Shown: in pieces, positions 25,459 to 38,761 of the stretch
Layout of the letters: each line of letters begins with the position of its first letter
Numbering within the stretch: position 1 is the first letter of the stretch
From: Octopus vulgaris
Lineage: Eukaryota
DNA length: 64,000 nt
Direction of reading: 5' to 3'
NCBI GenBank assembly: GCA_951406725.2
Contig: OX597818.1
Location: 139,872,001-139,936,000, forward strand
The notes under the pieces: generated by a model
Told to the model about the DNA's origin: nothing
Databases searched by the model: none
What the model saw: only the letters and a program-made list of their open reading frames with translations
Made by a program: the position numbers and the translations under genes

Positions 25459-27160
25459 TCACTTACTCATTTTAAAAGTTTCATTTTTTTCTTCTTCTTT
25501 TGTATTGTTTTTGATGAGGTGTTTGTATAGTTTTTTCGACAGGTATCGTTGATACCCGCCTACCGCATTCGGAAATATTGTTTTCAGTATGTGGTGTTGT
25601 GCTTGTGTTATGTGTAAAATTCTGATGTGTTTCGGTGGTGTGGTGTGCGGATGATTGTTTGTCTTAAAGTCATCTTCACAGATGACCATGTTAGATTTGA
25701 TGTAGTCCATTAATTCTTTATTGTCTGTGTCTATTGCAGTTAGTTGTGTGTGTGGTTTTACGGGTTCATTACTTTTTTGATTGTCTAGGGGGATGTTGTC
25801 CTGAGTTAGATATCTCCCTGCTTTACTTCCTTGTTTGGTGGATTTTTTGGATCTTTTTCTTTTACCCCCTGTGGCTATTTGCCATTCCGTCGAACTTTCG
25901 TCGTCCGACGTATCAGTATGGGGTAGAGGCAAAACATTTGCATTACTATGTATGCTTGTATAAATTGTTGATGTTTTGTGCGGTATTTGTGTTGTGGTGT
26001 TAGGGGTAGCATTTGTCTTCTCGTCAGTGTTTTCTGTCTTTTTAATTGTCGTCCTGGGTGTGGGTGTGGGTCGATTTTTTGAAGATTCAACAAGTTTAAT
26101 TGGTTGTGACGTCAACGGTGATTGTGTTGGTACTGTTTTTCTTGGTGATGTTGTTGGGGTTTGTTGTTTTTTCTTGGCGTTGTTCCATAATTGAGTGTGT
26201 TGGTGTTGGTGTTGGCAACAAAGGGATTTTATTTGTTTTCTGATTTGTTCTTTCTTGTTTTTTCTGTACCAGATCGCACTTGGCAATCAAATGTTCGGGG
26301 CTGCCACATTTGTAGCATCTAGGCTTTTTGCCTTCTGCCACAACATATAGACATTGCCCATTCTCCAAGTGGATCTTATCCGGTAGGCTCTCGATAGAGG
26401 CCCCCTCAATCTGGATGGTCACCACTATTGTTTTCCCACCCCAAATGTCGCCAGGGTACACGGCGGTCTCCAAAATATTAATATTTTTTAAATGGTAACA
26501 GATTGCCCCTGTTATCCATTTGTTAGGAAGCTCGGGAGGTACATTTTTAATTGTGATTCGACTCACTCTCTGGTTTTTGTATTATGGGACCATGATGATT
26601 TCATCATTTCCCAGAGACTCAGTAGAGTGAGCTTTTGCCACTTCCTGGTTAGGGAAGCGGACCACTACTGTGTTAAACTGGGGACCCCAGTTTATATACT
26701 CTTTTTCTTTCATTATGTTTTTTAAACATTTTTCCACATCAGTTTTTGTAATCTGTTCATTTAGTTTTTGTTTTTTCTAATAATTTTATATACAATTGTC
26801 TTATTTTCTATTTCTTGCTTTATATGTTGAGGTGTATGCAGCACTAAATCTTGTCCACGGGTTGTAAAGAGAGCTCTTGTTTCTATGAGCTCTTCATTTG
26901 TGAATGTTACCATTTCTTTCTTCTGGCGAAGAGTGTCTGCGAAATTTACTGTTGTTGATTTTTTTGTATTAGCATCTTCACTATTAGATAGTTCATTTTT
27001 ATTGTTGTTCTTGTTGTTGCTGTTTTTTTTGTCAATAGTTTTCGTGCGAGTTTTATTTTTATCATTTATGTTGGTCGTGGTAGTGGTGGTGGTGGTGGTG
27101 GTGGTGGAGGTGGTGGTGGTAGCAGTAGTAGTCTCGTGGTTGCTGTTGTTAGTGGTGGTG
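25459..27160 (-). pseudogene. Tx1 ORF1 (gag-like, zinc knuckle), disrupted
   Basis: CYKCGSPEHLIAKC (CX2CX4HX4C), RRM-like ITIKNVP segment and Thr/Asn-rich N-terminus. Frameshift near 26765, in-frame TAA near 26583 and a second frameshift between 26100 and 26280. Confidence 0.85.
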
Positions 27161-27516
27161 GTTACCGCACGTGGTTACAGCGTTCATTTCACCGATATTT
27201 ATATTTGCATTTAGCGCGCGAACGTTCTTTTTTGCTCCTATTGTTTCCAAACTAGGAAAATGCTGGTCAATAAAAGAACGCGACCAGCGTTCTACAATAA
27301 AATTTCTAGACATTTTCTAATGTCAAGAAGAAAATTACAGAAATGAAATGGGGTTGAAACTGCCCCTAGGGACGAATTCCTCCCTTGGAAAAGCACTCAA
27401 ACGAAAGTTGGGTGCCTTACACAACTTATTTACAAAAATGTTAACAAAAATTGAGCTATAAATAGTCAAAATAAATGATTACCTTCGGAGTCGAAATGAC
27501 AGCACGTCCATATACA

Positions 27517-27519
27517 GAG

Positions 27520-27582
<63 letters not shown>

Positions 27583-27622
27583 ATAGACATATAGATAGAT
27601 AGACAGATCGATCGATCGATAA

Positions 27623-27691
<69 letters not shown>
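27517..27691. repeat. (GATA)n array between the two Tx1 copies
   Basis: Direct inspection. Confidence 0.97.
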
Positions 27692-27693
<2 letters not shown>

Positions 27694-28150
27694 TGTTTCT
27701 TTATTAGCCACACAGGGCTGCACACAGATAGAACAAATTACAAGGTAGAGCTTTTCTTTTGAAGGTTTAAAAAAAAAAACGGAAGGGGGAGTTTCGATCA
27801 AAAGGAATCGTAGAAGAAGAGAAAGAGGACAAAAAAAGGGGGGTTAAAAAAAAGGGGGAGAGGAAAAAAAAAGAAAATTGATCAATATTGACACTCGCGG
27901 TGCCATTCGCCCTTCTTCGGCCTCTTTTTGATCCACGACTGCAGTTCGGTCATGGAGACGAGCTGCGGGAAAGCGTGCCTCACAAACGGCGACCACACCT
28001 GTTCACCGTCGTCTACATAGAGCCAGAGATGTCGCAGTCTCAGCGCGTGTCTGCGCATCATCAACCACGGCATGCCCAGCCCTCCTTTTAACGGGTGTTG
28101 ACAGCAAATGGATCGCCTGACCATCGGGACGCATCCTTTCCACAAGAAGC

Positions 28151-28155
<5 letters not shown>
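27692..28155 (-). mobile_element. 5'-truncated, internally deleted Tx1 copy from a sister subfamily
   Basis: ORF 27882-28145 is a diverged paralogue of the post-RT region of the big copy. It is joined directly to a 3' UTR ending ctgtgtgcagccctgtgtggctaataaagaaa. Confidence 0.92.
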
Positions 28156-28208
<53 letters not shown>

Positions 28209-28297
28209 CAGATAGATAGATAGACAGATCGATCGATAGATAGATAGACAGATCGATCGATCGATCGATAGATAAATAGATAGATAGATAGACAGAC

Positions 28298-28386
<89 letters not shown>
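28156..28386. repeat. (GATA)n/(GATC) array at the 5' junction of the truncated Tx1
   Basis: Direct inspection. Confidence 0.97.
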
Positions 28387-28388
<2 letters not shown>

Positions 28389-29023
28389 TGTTGGTGTAGA
28401 ATATAGCGTGAATGGGTAATTCTAGATTTGTATTAAAGTATGCTTAATCTTTTTCACCCGACACTTGACACTCAGAATTATAAAGAAATATCCATATATT
28501 TATGATAGTCGAGATTCGAAACCAGGTCAAGCAAGTCATTCCCCATTATTCTCTGTCCGCAGGAAGAGATACTAGTATTCGTTGCTATCTACATTTGTCG
28601 AAGTCATAAAATGTTGCCTAAAAGTTTTAGCTTTATCTTAACACACACACACACGCACACACATACAAACACACATACGTATTGATTTTAATGAGCAAGA
28701 GAATGTATACCGAGTCCTTTTCTCCCTCTCCTCAAAGCCAGTATAGTAATTACGTTCAGTTAATCTACTAGCAAATTGCTTAAGAGTTTTCCCGACATGA
28801 AGTCAGTCTCTCAAAGAAGTAAAATCTAGACGCGTAGGTTGATCTCGTGCTTATAAAATAATTTTAAAAAAAAGAAAAGAAAATGTCCATTTGATGATGT
28901 GTTCTTGGGCGGTGAGGAGATGAAAGCCACATCCTAACAGCCAGACGTGTACAGCATCGCACTGTCTTGAAATATAAAAATATATCTCAAATTATGAATT
29001 TCATGCATTTTAAGAAGTATATA

Positions 29024-29256
29024 TATATTTTTTTATTGCCCACAAGGGGCTAAACATAGAGGGGACAAACAAGAACAGACAAAGAGATTAAGTCGATTAC
29101 ATCGACTCCAGTGCGTAACTGGTACTTAATTTATCGACCCCGAAAGGATGAAAGGCAAAGTCGACCTCGGCGGAATTTGAACTCAGAACGTAACGGCAGA
29201 CGAAATACGGCTACGCATTTCACCCGGCGTGCTATCGTTTCTGCCAGCTCGCCGCC
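29024..29256 (-). mobile_element. SINE family A, full length
   Basis: 14-bp TSD ttaagaagtatata (29010-29023 / 29257-29270). Confidence 0.93.
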
Positions 29257-30100
29257 TTAAGAAGTATATAGACTACTTACTACGTGAGCTGCAGCCATCA
29301 CCAACAATGCATATAAAAGACAGCCGCTTTTCTCCTAAAGATTCAACAGCTCAAGAACACTGCGCAGCGTTATTCAGTAGCAAAGCCACTAATATGAAGC
29401 TACATAATGAAAGGGTATTATACACAGTTCAATGTTACTTCAAATTTGTTATAAATGCTTTCACATCATGAAGTGCTCACCGCATTGATGTTAGAAACAA
29501 CCAGAATGAACATCAACAGACACTGAACATAGAACAGGCAATAAAATAAAAACAAACTCAAATATTCGGCTATGTTTTCAAAATTAATACATAGAATCAC
29601 AGCAACACTGGTCAATATTTTACCGAACATAGATATTGTGGATAAATGTTACAATTATTTATCAATGCTGTGAGATAAATGGTTGCAGTGATATTAATAA
29701 GAGTGGCGGTAATATTATTAATTGTGGTAGTGATGTAAATGTTACAGAATTATCTAAGCAATGTTACTGTAATAGATACTAATATAATCGTGCATCTTAT
29801 TGGTCTACTGTATTATAAAAGTGTCGCATAAAAGCTTTCATTCATTGCTACTATATTATTTACATATACTAAGGAAACGAAGCAGTACATTAACGATGCA
29901 TATACTACAAACAGCTTACAAGCTTCTCTAGATGAGGTCAACTCAACTTACATGTTTATCAGACAATATTTTAGAAACTCAACTTTTTAATAGATTAAGA
30001 AACGGTTAAAGCTATGTCGAACTTAAATACCCTGCCAAATCATAAAACTACTCAGCTATATAAGTCATTGAAATGATTCGTTAAACTCACAAAAAATGAA

Positions 30101-30777
30101 ATCGGTGGCACCCGCAAAATTTGAGGAGAATTGGGGCTCGAGCAAACAAGACTATACGAGGGAGACGTACGAAAGTAAACAAATATAATGGATGGAAGCA
30201 CTCCGTCGGTTACGACGACGAGGGTTCCGGTTGATCCGAATCAACGGAACAGCCTGCTCGTGAAATTAACGTGTAAGTGGCTGAGCACTCCACAGACACG
30301 TGTACCCTTAACGTAGTTCTCGGGGATATTCAGCGTGACACAGAGAGTGACAAGGCCGGCCCTTTGAAATACAGGTACAACAGAAACAGGAAGTAAGAGT
30401 GAGAGAAAGTTGTGGTGAAAGAGTACAGCAGGGATCACCACCATCCTCTGCCGGAACCTCGTGGAGCTTTTAGGTGTTTTCGCTCAATAAACACTCACAA
30501 CGCCCGGTCCGGGAATCGAAACCGCGATCCTATGACCGCGAGTCCGCTGCCCTTAACCACTGGGCCATTGCGCCTCCACAAACAAATATAATATGAGACG
30601 ATTGACGAAGAGGGAATAAATACGGCCTTTTGGCCAAACACGAGTATGATGCGTAACACCTCGAAGAAATCAGGAAAGGGTATAGAAAACGAAATAGCAA
30701 GAGGGGAGATAAATGTGGTCCAGCAAGCTAAAGCGTGCGATGCCTAATTCTCCTCAAATTTTGCGGGTGCTGCCGAT
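30101..30777. mobile_element. TIR element (MITE-like) carrying a nested family-B SINE
   Basis: atcggtggcacccgcaaaatttgaggagaattggg (30101-30135) is the inverted copy of cctaattctcctcaaattttgcgggtgctgccgat (30743-30777), 3 mismatches. Confidence 0.8.
30190..30579 (-). mobile_element. SINE family B, full length
   Basis: 13-bp TSD aaacaaatataat (30177-30189 / 30580-30592). Confidence 0.94.
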
Positions 30778-31019
30778 ATGCGAAATTCTCAGTCATATCG
30801 TTAAAGGCATGAAACTATGTATTGGTATTTCGGTCGATAAATTGTGAAGAATTAGGGTACTTCTCTGTCTGTCCTATGTGTACGTTTTTTAGCATTTAAT
30901 GCATTTTTCAATTATTGAGTAACTGAACGCCACGCATCCCGACTTTTGTTAACTAAGTTTATATATATATATATATATATTATATTTAATTATATATATG
31001 TGTGTGTGTGTGTGTATGT

Positions 31020-31256
31020 GGTGGTTGTTTACTCCTTATGCAGAGTCTGCCCACCTCTTGTACTTACACCATGGCGTTTGATGTGCCATTTTAATCCCGG
31101 CAATGTATTAGAAAGACACCCACATAGATTGCGTATCTGATTTGGACCACTAAGGTCTGCGGTTAAGATCTGATCTTCATGGATCTTAAAATGTCTTTTG
31201 AGGCCTCCGTTAGATTTGCAGACCTTACGACATACACGGTATTGAAAGGTGTGCAC
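31020..31256 (-). mobile_element. LINE (RTE-like) 3' end encoding C2H2-finger-like C-terminus
   Basis: VCRKVCKSNGGLKRHFKIH and LCGCLSNTLPGLKWHIKRH, then a stop immediately followed by a short acaaccac tail. Sits in TA/TG repeats. Confidence 0.65.
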
Positions 31257-31449
31257 ATATATATATAGGCTGAGTAGTTTGTGGAGGTTCGTTATATAAA
31301 ATTAAACTCAGGCTTCAAAACAACTTACAAAAATTGGTTAGAACAATAAGCGGCAACAACTTGAAAATTAGTAGTATTTTGGAACTCCTTCTTCAAAACT
31401 AAGATAAGCATAACAATCGTAATATCTGTTTTCTAGTCAATGTGATTAC

Positions 31450-32020
31450 TTAGGTCCTTGAATCATTACAAATCCTGATTAGAAAATTGCATAGGCAGTT
31501 GAGTAAACAAGATAGTTATGCCATTTAAAACATTCATAACCTTTGGTCGTTATGATTGACTGCCCTATCAGGCTATGTGTTTTTACAGGACTTTTTTCAA
31601 CAAACCAGACGAGGAGATTAAATGGGTCTTAATCGGCAGGATAACACTGATCCGTAAGAAAAGGCCTGTAGATGACACATGACCACTTATCTAGTGATAG
31701 TTTATAAACTTCTCCGTAAAATATTATTTAACAAGAAAACTGAATATCAAAAATATGTCATTCTACTGGAGCAGCGTGCTCAAGTCTTATAGGACAATTG
31801 GATATGTTATTAGTGACATAGTAATGGGCGAAGCAAAAGTAGACAGAAACCAGAGACTTAAGACGTGCTCAGAATAATTGAAAAAAGAACTGTTGATTCA
31901 GTTCTCTATCAGTAGATTATGAACTTGGCAGAAGTACAAGGATTTCATAACATCCTGAAAAATTTCATTACCACAGTGATTATGTTTTGTAGAAATCTAT
32001 TATGGTAGCTAACATTTCGA
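31450..32020 (+). mobile_element. Very degenerate R4/Dong-like RT fragment
   Basis: Remnants resembling GRT.LI.K, YKL, D.LL and KKA.DSV motifs. Many stops and frameshifts. Confidence 0.4.
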
Positions 32021-32043
32021 TGGATTTTAATCTTCAATCACAC

Positions 32044-32557
32044 AAGAAGAAGAAGGAATAGGAAGAAGAAGGAGGAGGAGGAGGAGGAGGAGGGGAGGCA
32101 GAGGTGAATAATAAAGAGGAGAAGGAGGAGGAGGAAGAAGACGAAGAAGATGAAGAAGAAGAAGAAGAAGAAGAAGGAGGAGAAGAATACGGAGGAGGAG
32201 AAGAATAAGGAGAAGGAGGAGAAGGAGGAGGGGAGGCAGAGGAGAAGAATAAGGAGGAGAAGGAGGAGGAGGAAGAAGAAGAAGAAGAAGAAGAAGAAGA
32301 AGAAGGAGGAGGAGAACAATAAGGAGAAGGAGGAGAAGAATAAGGAGGAGGGGAGGCAGAGGAGAAGAATAAGGAGGAGAAGGAGGAGGAAGAAGAAGAA
32401 GAAGAAGAAGAAGAAGAAGAAGAAGAAGAAGGAGGAGGAGAACAATAAGGAGAAGGAGGAGAAGAATAAGGAGAAGGAGCAGCAGCAGCAGCAGAAAAAG
32501 AAGAAGAAGAAGAAGAAGAAGAAGAAGAAGAAGAAGAAGAAGAAGAAGAAGAAGAAG

Positions 32558-32587
<30 letters not shown>
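32044..32587. repeat. (AAG/AGG) polypurine compound satellite
   Basis: Direct inspection. Internal repeats of ggaggggaggcagaggagaagaataagg. Confidence 0.92.
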
Positions 32588-32588
<1 letters not shown>

Positions 32589-33687
32589 GAACTTATCCAC
32601 CACACGCCCTTGGCATTATATGGCATTATATTTTAAACTGGAATTGTCCCTTAAATTTCTTATTGATATTGTCAAATAATTTTACAATAAGGTTAAGATA
32701 TCTTTTGGATGGGAAAATTGCGGAAATATGATAATAAAACGTGACAGAACGGCAAATGAACCAGGAAGTTTTTTTTCAACCTGGCTCCCTCAGGGCGGGT
32801 GAGATAGAGGAGCTGGACACAAATACTGAACTTTTATGAGAGTAAATCTTGTTTGGAAACCGCTGGTAGGAATGAAAATATAATACTCTGATATTGACAA
32901 ATATGAACAAACATCTACTAGCAAGAATTCTATTCGTACGACCAACATACGACCAAGCACCGGTTACACCTGACCCAGATTCCATAAACCGTAATACCAA
33001 AAATGTACCTAAATATTTCTAACGACACAGCACAAATGACAGGTGCATATTGATCGTGAAGGAACTATTTAATAAGTCTGTTACAAATATTGCCCACACC
33101 TATCTAAGTTAGAAGAAAGACTTCTTGATGCACTGTTGATCAAGATCGAGAAACAGGTAGCAAATCGATTATCCCCATAGCAACAACATTCTCGAAAGAA
33201 ATCGGATTAGATTTTGAACAACTAAAGTCTAAACCTAAATCGGCAGTAAAATTCCAACAAAACTGAAACGTAAATAGACTCAATAATAACAATAAAGAAT
33301 AATGTTTTTAAATAATTCTTCTGCAACGTCGATGCCTAACTGCCAGTTGTCTATACGAACAAATCTAAGATTGAATCGATGTAACATGTAGCATAATTCA
33401 CTTTACAAGAATAGGCGTCCACTGCTAGAATTTTTGATGGTAATATGCATATTTTCTTCAATACACGTGACAAATGCTGCCTGCATAATGAATTACTGAA
33501 AGATTACACTACATTCTACTGGGATGCTCTGCAACTCCAGAAAAATAAACGTAGGGAAAAATAACGCAGCGAAGTTTTTTAAATACGATTTACAACCGAT
33601 TTAAATGTCTTTGAGAACGTGCTCGGCGATATTCATATGAACTGTAACCCGTCTCTGTCAAATTATAGCGCATAGTATACGTCATGT

Positions 33688-34074
33688 GTGGAGGCGCAAT
33701 GACCCAGTGGTTAGGGCAGCGGACTCGCGGTCGAAGGATAGCGGTTTCGATTCCCAGACCGGGCGTTGTGAGTGTTTATTGAGCGAAAACACCTAAAGCT
33801 CCACGAGGCTCCGGCAGGGGATGCTGGTGATCCCTGCTGTACTCTTTCACCACAACTTTCTCTCACTCTTACTTCCTGTTTCTGTTGTACCTGTATTTCA
33901 AAGGTCCGGCCTTGTCACTCTCTGTGTCACGCTGAATATCCCCGAGAACTATGTTAAGGGTACACGAGTCTGTGGAGTGCTCAGCCACTTACATGTTAAT
34001 TTCACGAGCAGGCTGTTCCGTTGATCGGATCAACCGGAACCCTCATCGTCGTTACCGACGGAGTGCTTCTATCC
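33688..34074 (+). mobile_element. SINE family B, full length
   Basis: 11-bp TSD atacgtcatgt (33677-33687 / 34075-34085). Confidence 0.94.
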
Positions 34075-34383
34075 ATACGTCATGTCAGTTTTCCCGAAAA
34101 AAATATTGTATTATAAATTAATAGAATGGCTGTGCCGTTAAATGACCGCTGTACCATCAAGTGGTTTCGGTTGAGTTTTTCTGCGCGGCAGCTTGGGCAG
34201 ATGTCTCCTGCTATTGCCCGGGGGCTTACTAATGATTAATTGAATTACATAACTTAAAACTAACTTTGTACACGAACAATCAGCTGTGCTTATTTTAATG
34301 GCCTATCATTATTTACATTGAGTTTCCAGGTGTCTGGAAGACACTCGATAAGAAATAGAAGCAGAATTGAAAAAGAGAAGCTA

Positions 34384-34436
<53 letters not shown>

Positions 34437-34659
34437 ATGATGGTCATGATGATGACGAGGAGGAGGAGGATGATATTGATGTCGATATGAGAGAATAGTT
34501 AACATACCGGGAAAATGCTTTGCGCAATTTGACCCACTTTTACGAGGCCGATTTTACCTTTCAGTGTCGATAATATAAGTATCAGTTGAGGATTGGAGTC
34601 TCTTACATCAGCTTACCTGTTCCACCGAAATTCCTGGCCTTATGCTATAATTTGGATCC

Positions 34660-34800
<141 letters not shown>

Positions 34801-36105
34801 ATGACAACGAAGAACACAGATATATAGATGCAAATAAATTAAGTAATGTACGTAGACACATTACTAAAGAATAAAAGGTTAACTGACGTTGAAATTAACC
34901 AAATTAGGAAACAAATATCTCATGGTAGACCAAATGAAACAGCAGCAATTCAAATGAAGAAGGTTGTTGGGTAGATATTGCAGAAAATACTAATATCGAG
35001 ATATTGTTGTATTTACAGAAAGGAAGGCTGAAAACGGAAGCAGAATGATTTTTAGTTGTAGCACAGGATCAGGCATACAGGACTAATTTTATAAAAGCCA
35101 AGGTACACAAGCATTAGGTAGAGTCCCGATGTAGGTTATGTAAATCAAAAGAAGAAAGTGTTACTCATATAGAAAGTGAATGTAATATGCTGGCACAAGA
35201 AAACCATGATAACCGGAAAAAAAATAATCCACTGGATGTTATACAGAAATATAGGATTTGTCTATACTCATAAGTGCTATGAACATGAACCTAATACGTT
35301 GCTAGAAAGCAAGAAACATAAAATATGGGACTTTAACATTTAGACGGACAGAGTAATAGAAGATAGAAGTCCTCATTTAGTAGGGATACACTGACAAATA
35401 ATTGATTTTGCAGTCCCAAATGATTAGAAAATTAACATGAGAGTTATACAGAAAATAGCAAACAAGACACTGAATTTCACATTGAATTACACAGGCTATA
35501 GAAATTGTGGGTAAAATGTATCCCAGTAGTTATAGGTTCATTAGGAACTATCCCTAAAGATTTGAAAAGATGGATAGAGGAAATAGTCATGTAATCCAGT
35601 AAATAGTATATAATTAGGGACTGCTGAGATAATGAGGAAGTTCTTGGCATCTAAGGTTACAAGTAGCCTGATATTAGGAATATTTTCCCAACAGTCTAAT
35701 CTGTTGTGCGCCTGGTGGACAAGGTGTACCACATGTGCTATATAATTGGTGTTGCATACCTATTTGCCCCATGAATAGTCAAGAGGGAAGGCGAAAAACT
35801 AGACCTGTACAATCCGCAATAAGTATGACATAGCCCGGCTATGGAAAATAAAGTTGAAGATAGTGCCAGTTGTTTTTGAGTCAATGGGGACAGTATTAGA
35901 AGGCACGAAGAGGAATATACATCAAATCGATATAAAGTACCCAGTAGAGCTGTTACACACAACTTGCTTCTTATGGCACGGCCAGCATAATCAGGAAAAT
36001 ATTAGATAGTTGAAAAGAACAGATAAGATATCGTATGCTCCGGGTACAAAGCCCGCTGCACCTACAATACACCAGAGGAGTTCCTACAAAACCTGAATTA
36101 GAAAG
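34801..36105 (+). mobile_element. R4/Dong-like (RLE) LINE remnants: N-terminal piece joined to CCHC/endonuclease C-terminus, plus a second 3' fragment
   Basis: AQDQAYRTN, CRLCKSKEESVTHIESEC, WDFNI*TDRVI, IIDFAVP and IPVVIGSLGTIP motifs. Confidence 0.8.
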
Positions 36106-36809
36106 AGCAGCACAACAACCACAACAACAATAGTAAAAACAATGATAAATTAATTAATTAAGGAAAACTAGAACTAGCTTTAGCTGAAAATCACAATAAT
36201 AACAATGCTATGCATTGTTCATCTTATTGCAGCTATTACCACCATATTTTTTCATTGTTATAATAAATATAGTTATAATTACAGTGTTGCTGACTTTGAG
36301 CGAAAATTGCGTGCGGCAGGTGCAAGAATTCGAGTTTCTGAAGTCCACAATACTCCCAAGATACTTGAGCAGATAAATTCATGAAATTGTGGAGATATAA
36401 CAATTATCTTCTCTGTACGCTTTGTCCACCGCACATAATATTTTCTCCAATGCAGACAATAAAAATATGAACATTATTATTTTCTTTATGTTTAATGAAA
36501 TGAAAAAGTAAATTGCACATGGCGCTTTTCTCTCTTTAACTCTCTGTACTTGCTTACTTTTCTACCTTTCTGCAGGTATGATTACTAAATATTCTACATA
36601 GCTGTTTTAACAGAAAGATCTTTACGCACACATTCACTATATATGTGTGTGTGTTTCTGTGTCTAGGTGTATATGTTTGTGCGTGTGTAAATGTGCGGGT
36701 GCGTGTCTGTGTGCACTTCACGAGGCTATAAAGAGTCATTCATATTGCTAGAAACAAAGAATCATATCACTCTCTATCATATTAAATGCAAATCACACAT
36801 CGAAAAACT

Positions 36810-36832
36810 CACACACATACATACATACATAC

Positions 36833-36863
<31 letters not shown>

Positions 36864-36961
36864 CATACATAAATACATACATACATATATGTATGTATAT
36901 ATATATATATATATATATATACATACATATATATATATATGTATATATATATATGTATATA

Positions 36962-37052
<91 letters not shown>
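36810..37052. repeat. (CATA)n/(TA)n microsatellite
   Basis: Direct inspection. Confidence 0.95.
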
Positions 37053-37053
<1 letters not shown>

Positions 37054-37659
37054 AGATGATACAGATGGACCATTTTTTATCATGAATTTACGTAATGAAG
37101 TTACATGTGTGATAAACAAGAACTCTTGCCACAACGGCTGCAAACAAACAACAACCACGAAAAAAATATATCACAGTACGATATATTGATATCAAAAATA
37201 AATCATTCTCATTGGTTATTAGTTTTATTCGCCCCTTGTGTCCAATAAAAATATGAATTAGTGCACAATAAGGCTAAGTTCTAGCGACTTAGGAAACCAT
37301 AAAAAGTTTGTGTTACGTGGCTTTGAAATTTTACTCTGCGCACGAGTTTGTTCATTCCTTCTTCTAGAGTCGGGAAAATACAGCTCTAGTCTCATGGTAA
37401 GTCGATGTATTCTGTGGTATTGATCTACCATTTTCATCTTCCCGTCATAATCTAGGGAAAATAAAAAGAAATCTGAATTCATGTCTAAATTTCACATTAA
37501 TCTTTCACTATACATACTTTCATTCTGCATTCTTTCATTTAACCTTCCACTTATTCTCCAGCTATACACGCATACATACACACATACATACATACATACA
37601 TACATACATACATACATACATACATACATACGCACATACATACGCACATACATACATAC

Positions 37660-38398
37660 AATCTGCACATATATTAATTCCAAAGAGTAATCATATACAC
37701 ACATACATGCACATATACCCTGTTAATACTGTTTAAAGTGCAATGAAGGAGCCTTGAATCTAGGTTAGATAACGGCTCCCTCTCTATTGGCAATAAATCT
37801 TAGAATGAAACTGAATAGTGACATACATGCAATATGTGTGTATGTGGAGGTGCAATGGCCCAGTGGTTAGGGCAGCGGACTCGCGGTCTTAGGATCGCGG
37901 TTTCGATTCCCTGACCGGGCGTTGTGAGTGTTTATTGAGCGAAAACACCTAAAAGCTCCACGAGGCTCCGGCAGGGGATGGTGGTGATCCCTGATGTACT
38001 CTTTCACCACAACTTTCTCTCACTCTTACTTCCTGTTTCTGCTGTACCTGTATTTCAAGGGGCCAGCCTTGTCACTCTCTGTGTCACGCTGAATATCCCC
38101 GAGAACTACGTAAAGGGTACACGTGTCTGTGGAGTGCTCAGCCACTTACACGTTAATTTCACGAGCAGGCTGTTCCGTTGATTCGGATCAACCGGAACCC
38201 TCATAGAAATCTGCACATATATTAATTCCAAAGAGTATTCATATACACACATACATGCACATATACCCTGTTAATACTGTTTAAAGTGCAATGAAGGAGC
38301 CTTGAGTCTAGGTTAGATAACGGCTCCCTCTCTATTGGCAAGAAATCTTAGAATGAAACTGAATAGAGACATACATACATGCAATATGTGCGTATGTG
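37660..38398. repeat. ~187-bp direct duplication flanking a SINE
   Basis: 37660-37846 is nearly identical to 38208-38398. Confidence 0.92.
37843..38204 (+). mobile_element. SINE family B lacking its 3' ~25 nt
   Basis: Family match, ending at ...ccggaaccctcat. Confidence 0.92.
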
Positions 38399-38561
38399 TG
38401 TGTGTCTGAGTGTGTGTGTGTGTGTGAATAAATATAGGCAGCAGTATGCAATGTGTAACAAAAAGAAATACTATAACCGTCATTAAATAGAAACACCTAC
38501 ATAGCTAGAAATAGCAGTTAAACGCTAATTTCCCGAAAAGCAGCGGGTGAGATATTCTCAG

Positions 38562-38606
38562 ACAGATCGATCAATTTCAGCTTTTATGCCGCACTCTCGT
38601 CAGTGG
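38562..38606 (-). ncRNA. Degenerate minimal hammerhead-like motif
   Basis: Minus strand ca-CTGACGA-gagt...gct-GAAA-ttgatcg-ATC-tg. Confidence 0.4.
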
Positions 38607-38701
38607 GATCGGCCCGACTTGGCCCAGACGATGCTCCCTGCCAGCATATACAAAAATGTATGGATGATTTAGCGAATCGCTGTGTATACAAATAATTAAT
38701 A

Positions 38702-38761
<60 letters not shown>

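Larger units (their letters stand above)
21651..27515 (-). mobile_element. Near full-length Tx1-clade (L1 superfamily) non-LTR retrotransposon, inactivated
   Basis: 5' UTR, then ORF1 (CCHC knuckle), ORF2 (APE-RT-CCHC) and 3' UTR ending ...aataaaaagt then (TATC)n. The GGLG and ICCQHP-type post-RT region and the gag-like ORF1 fit Tx1. Confidence 0.93.

Noticed and set aside
32027-32626. Long K/E/R- or L/S-rich ORFs (also 9764-10943 and 59007-60129)
   Set aside because: Translations of triplet repeats.
33688-33765. tRNA gene-like sequence
   Set aside because: It is the tRNA-derived head of a SINE, not a tRNA gene.
37740-37780. Hammerhead-like aatgaaggagcc...ggttagataac (also ~38290)
   Set aside because: Neither CUGANGA nor GAAA is intact.
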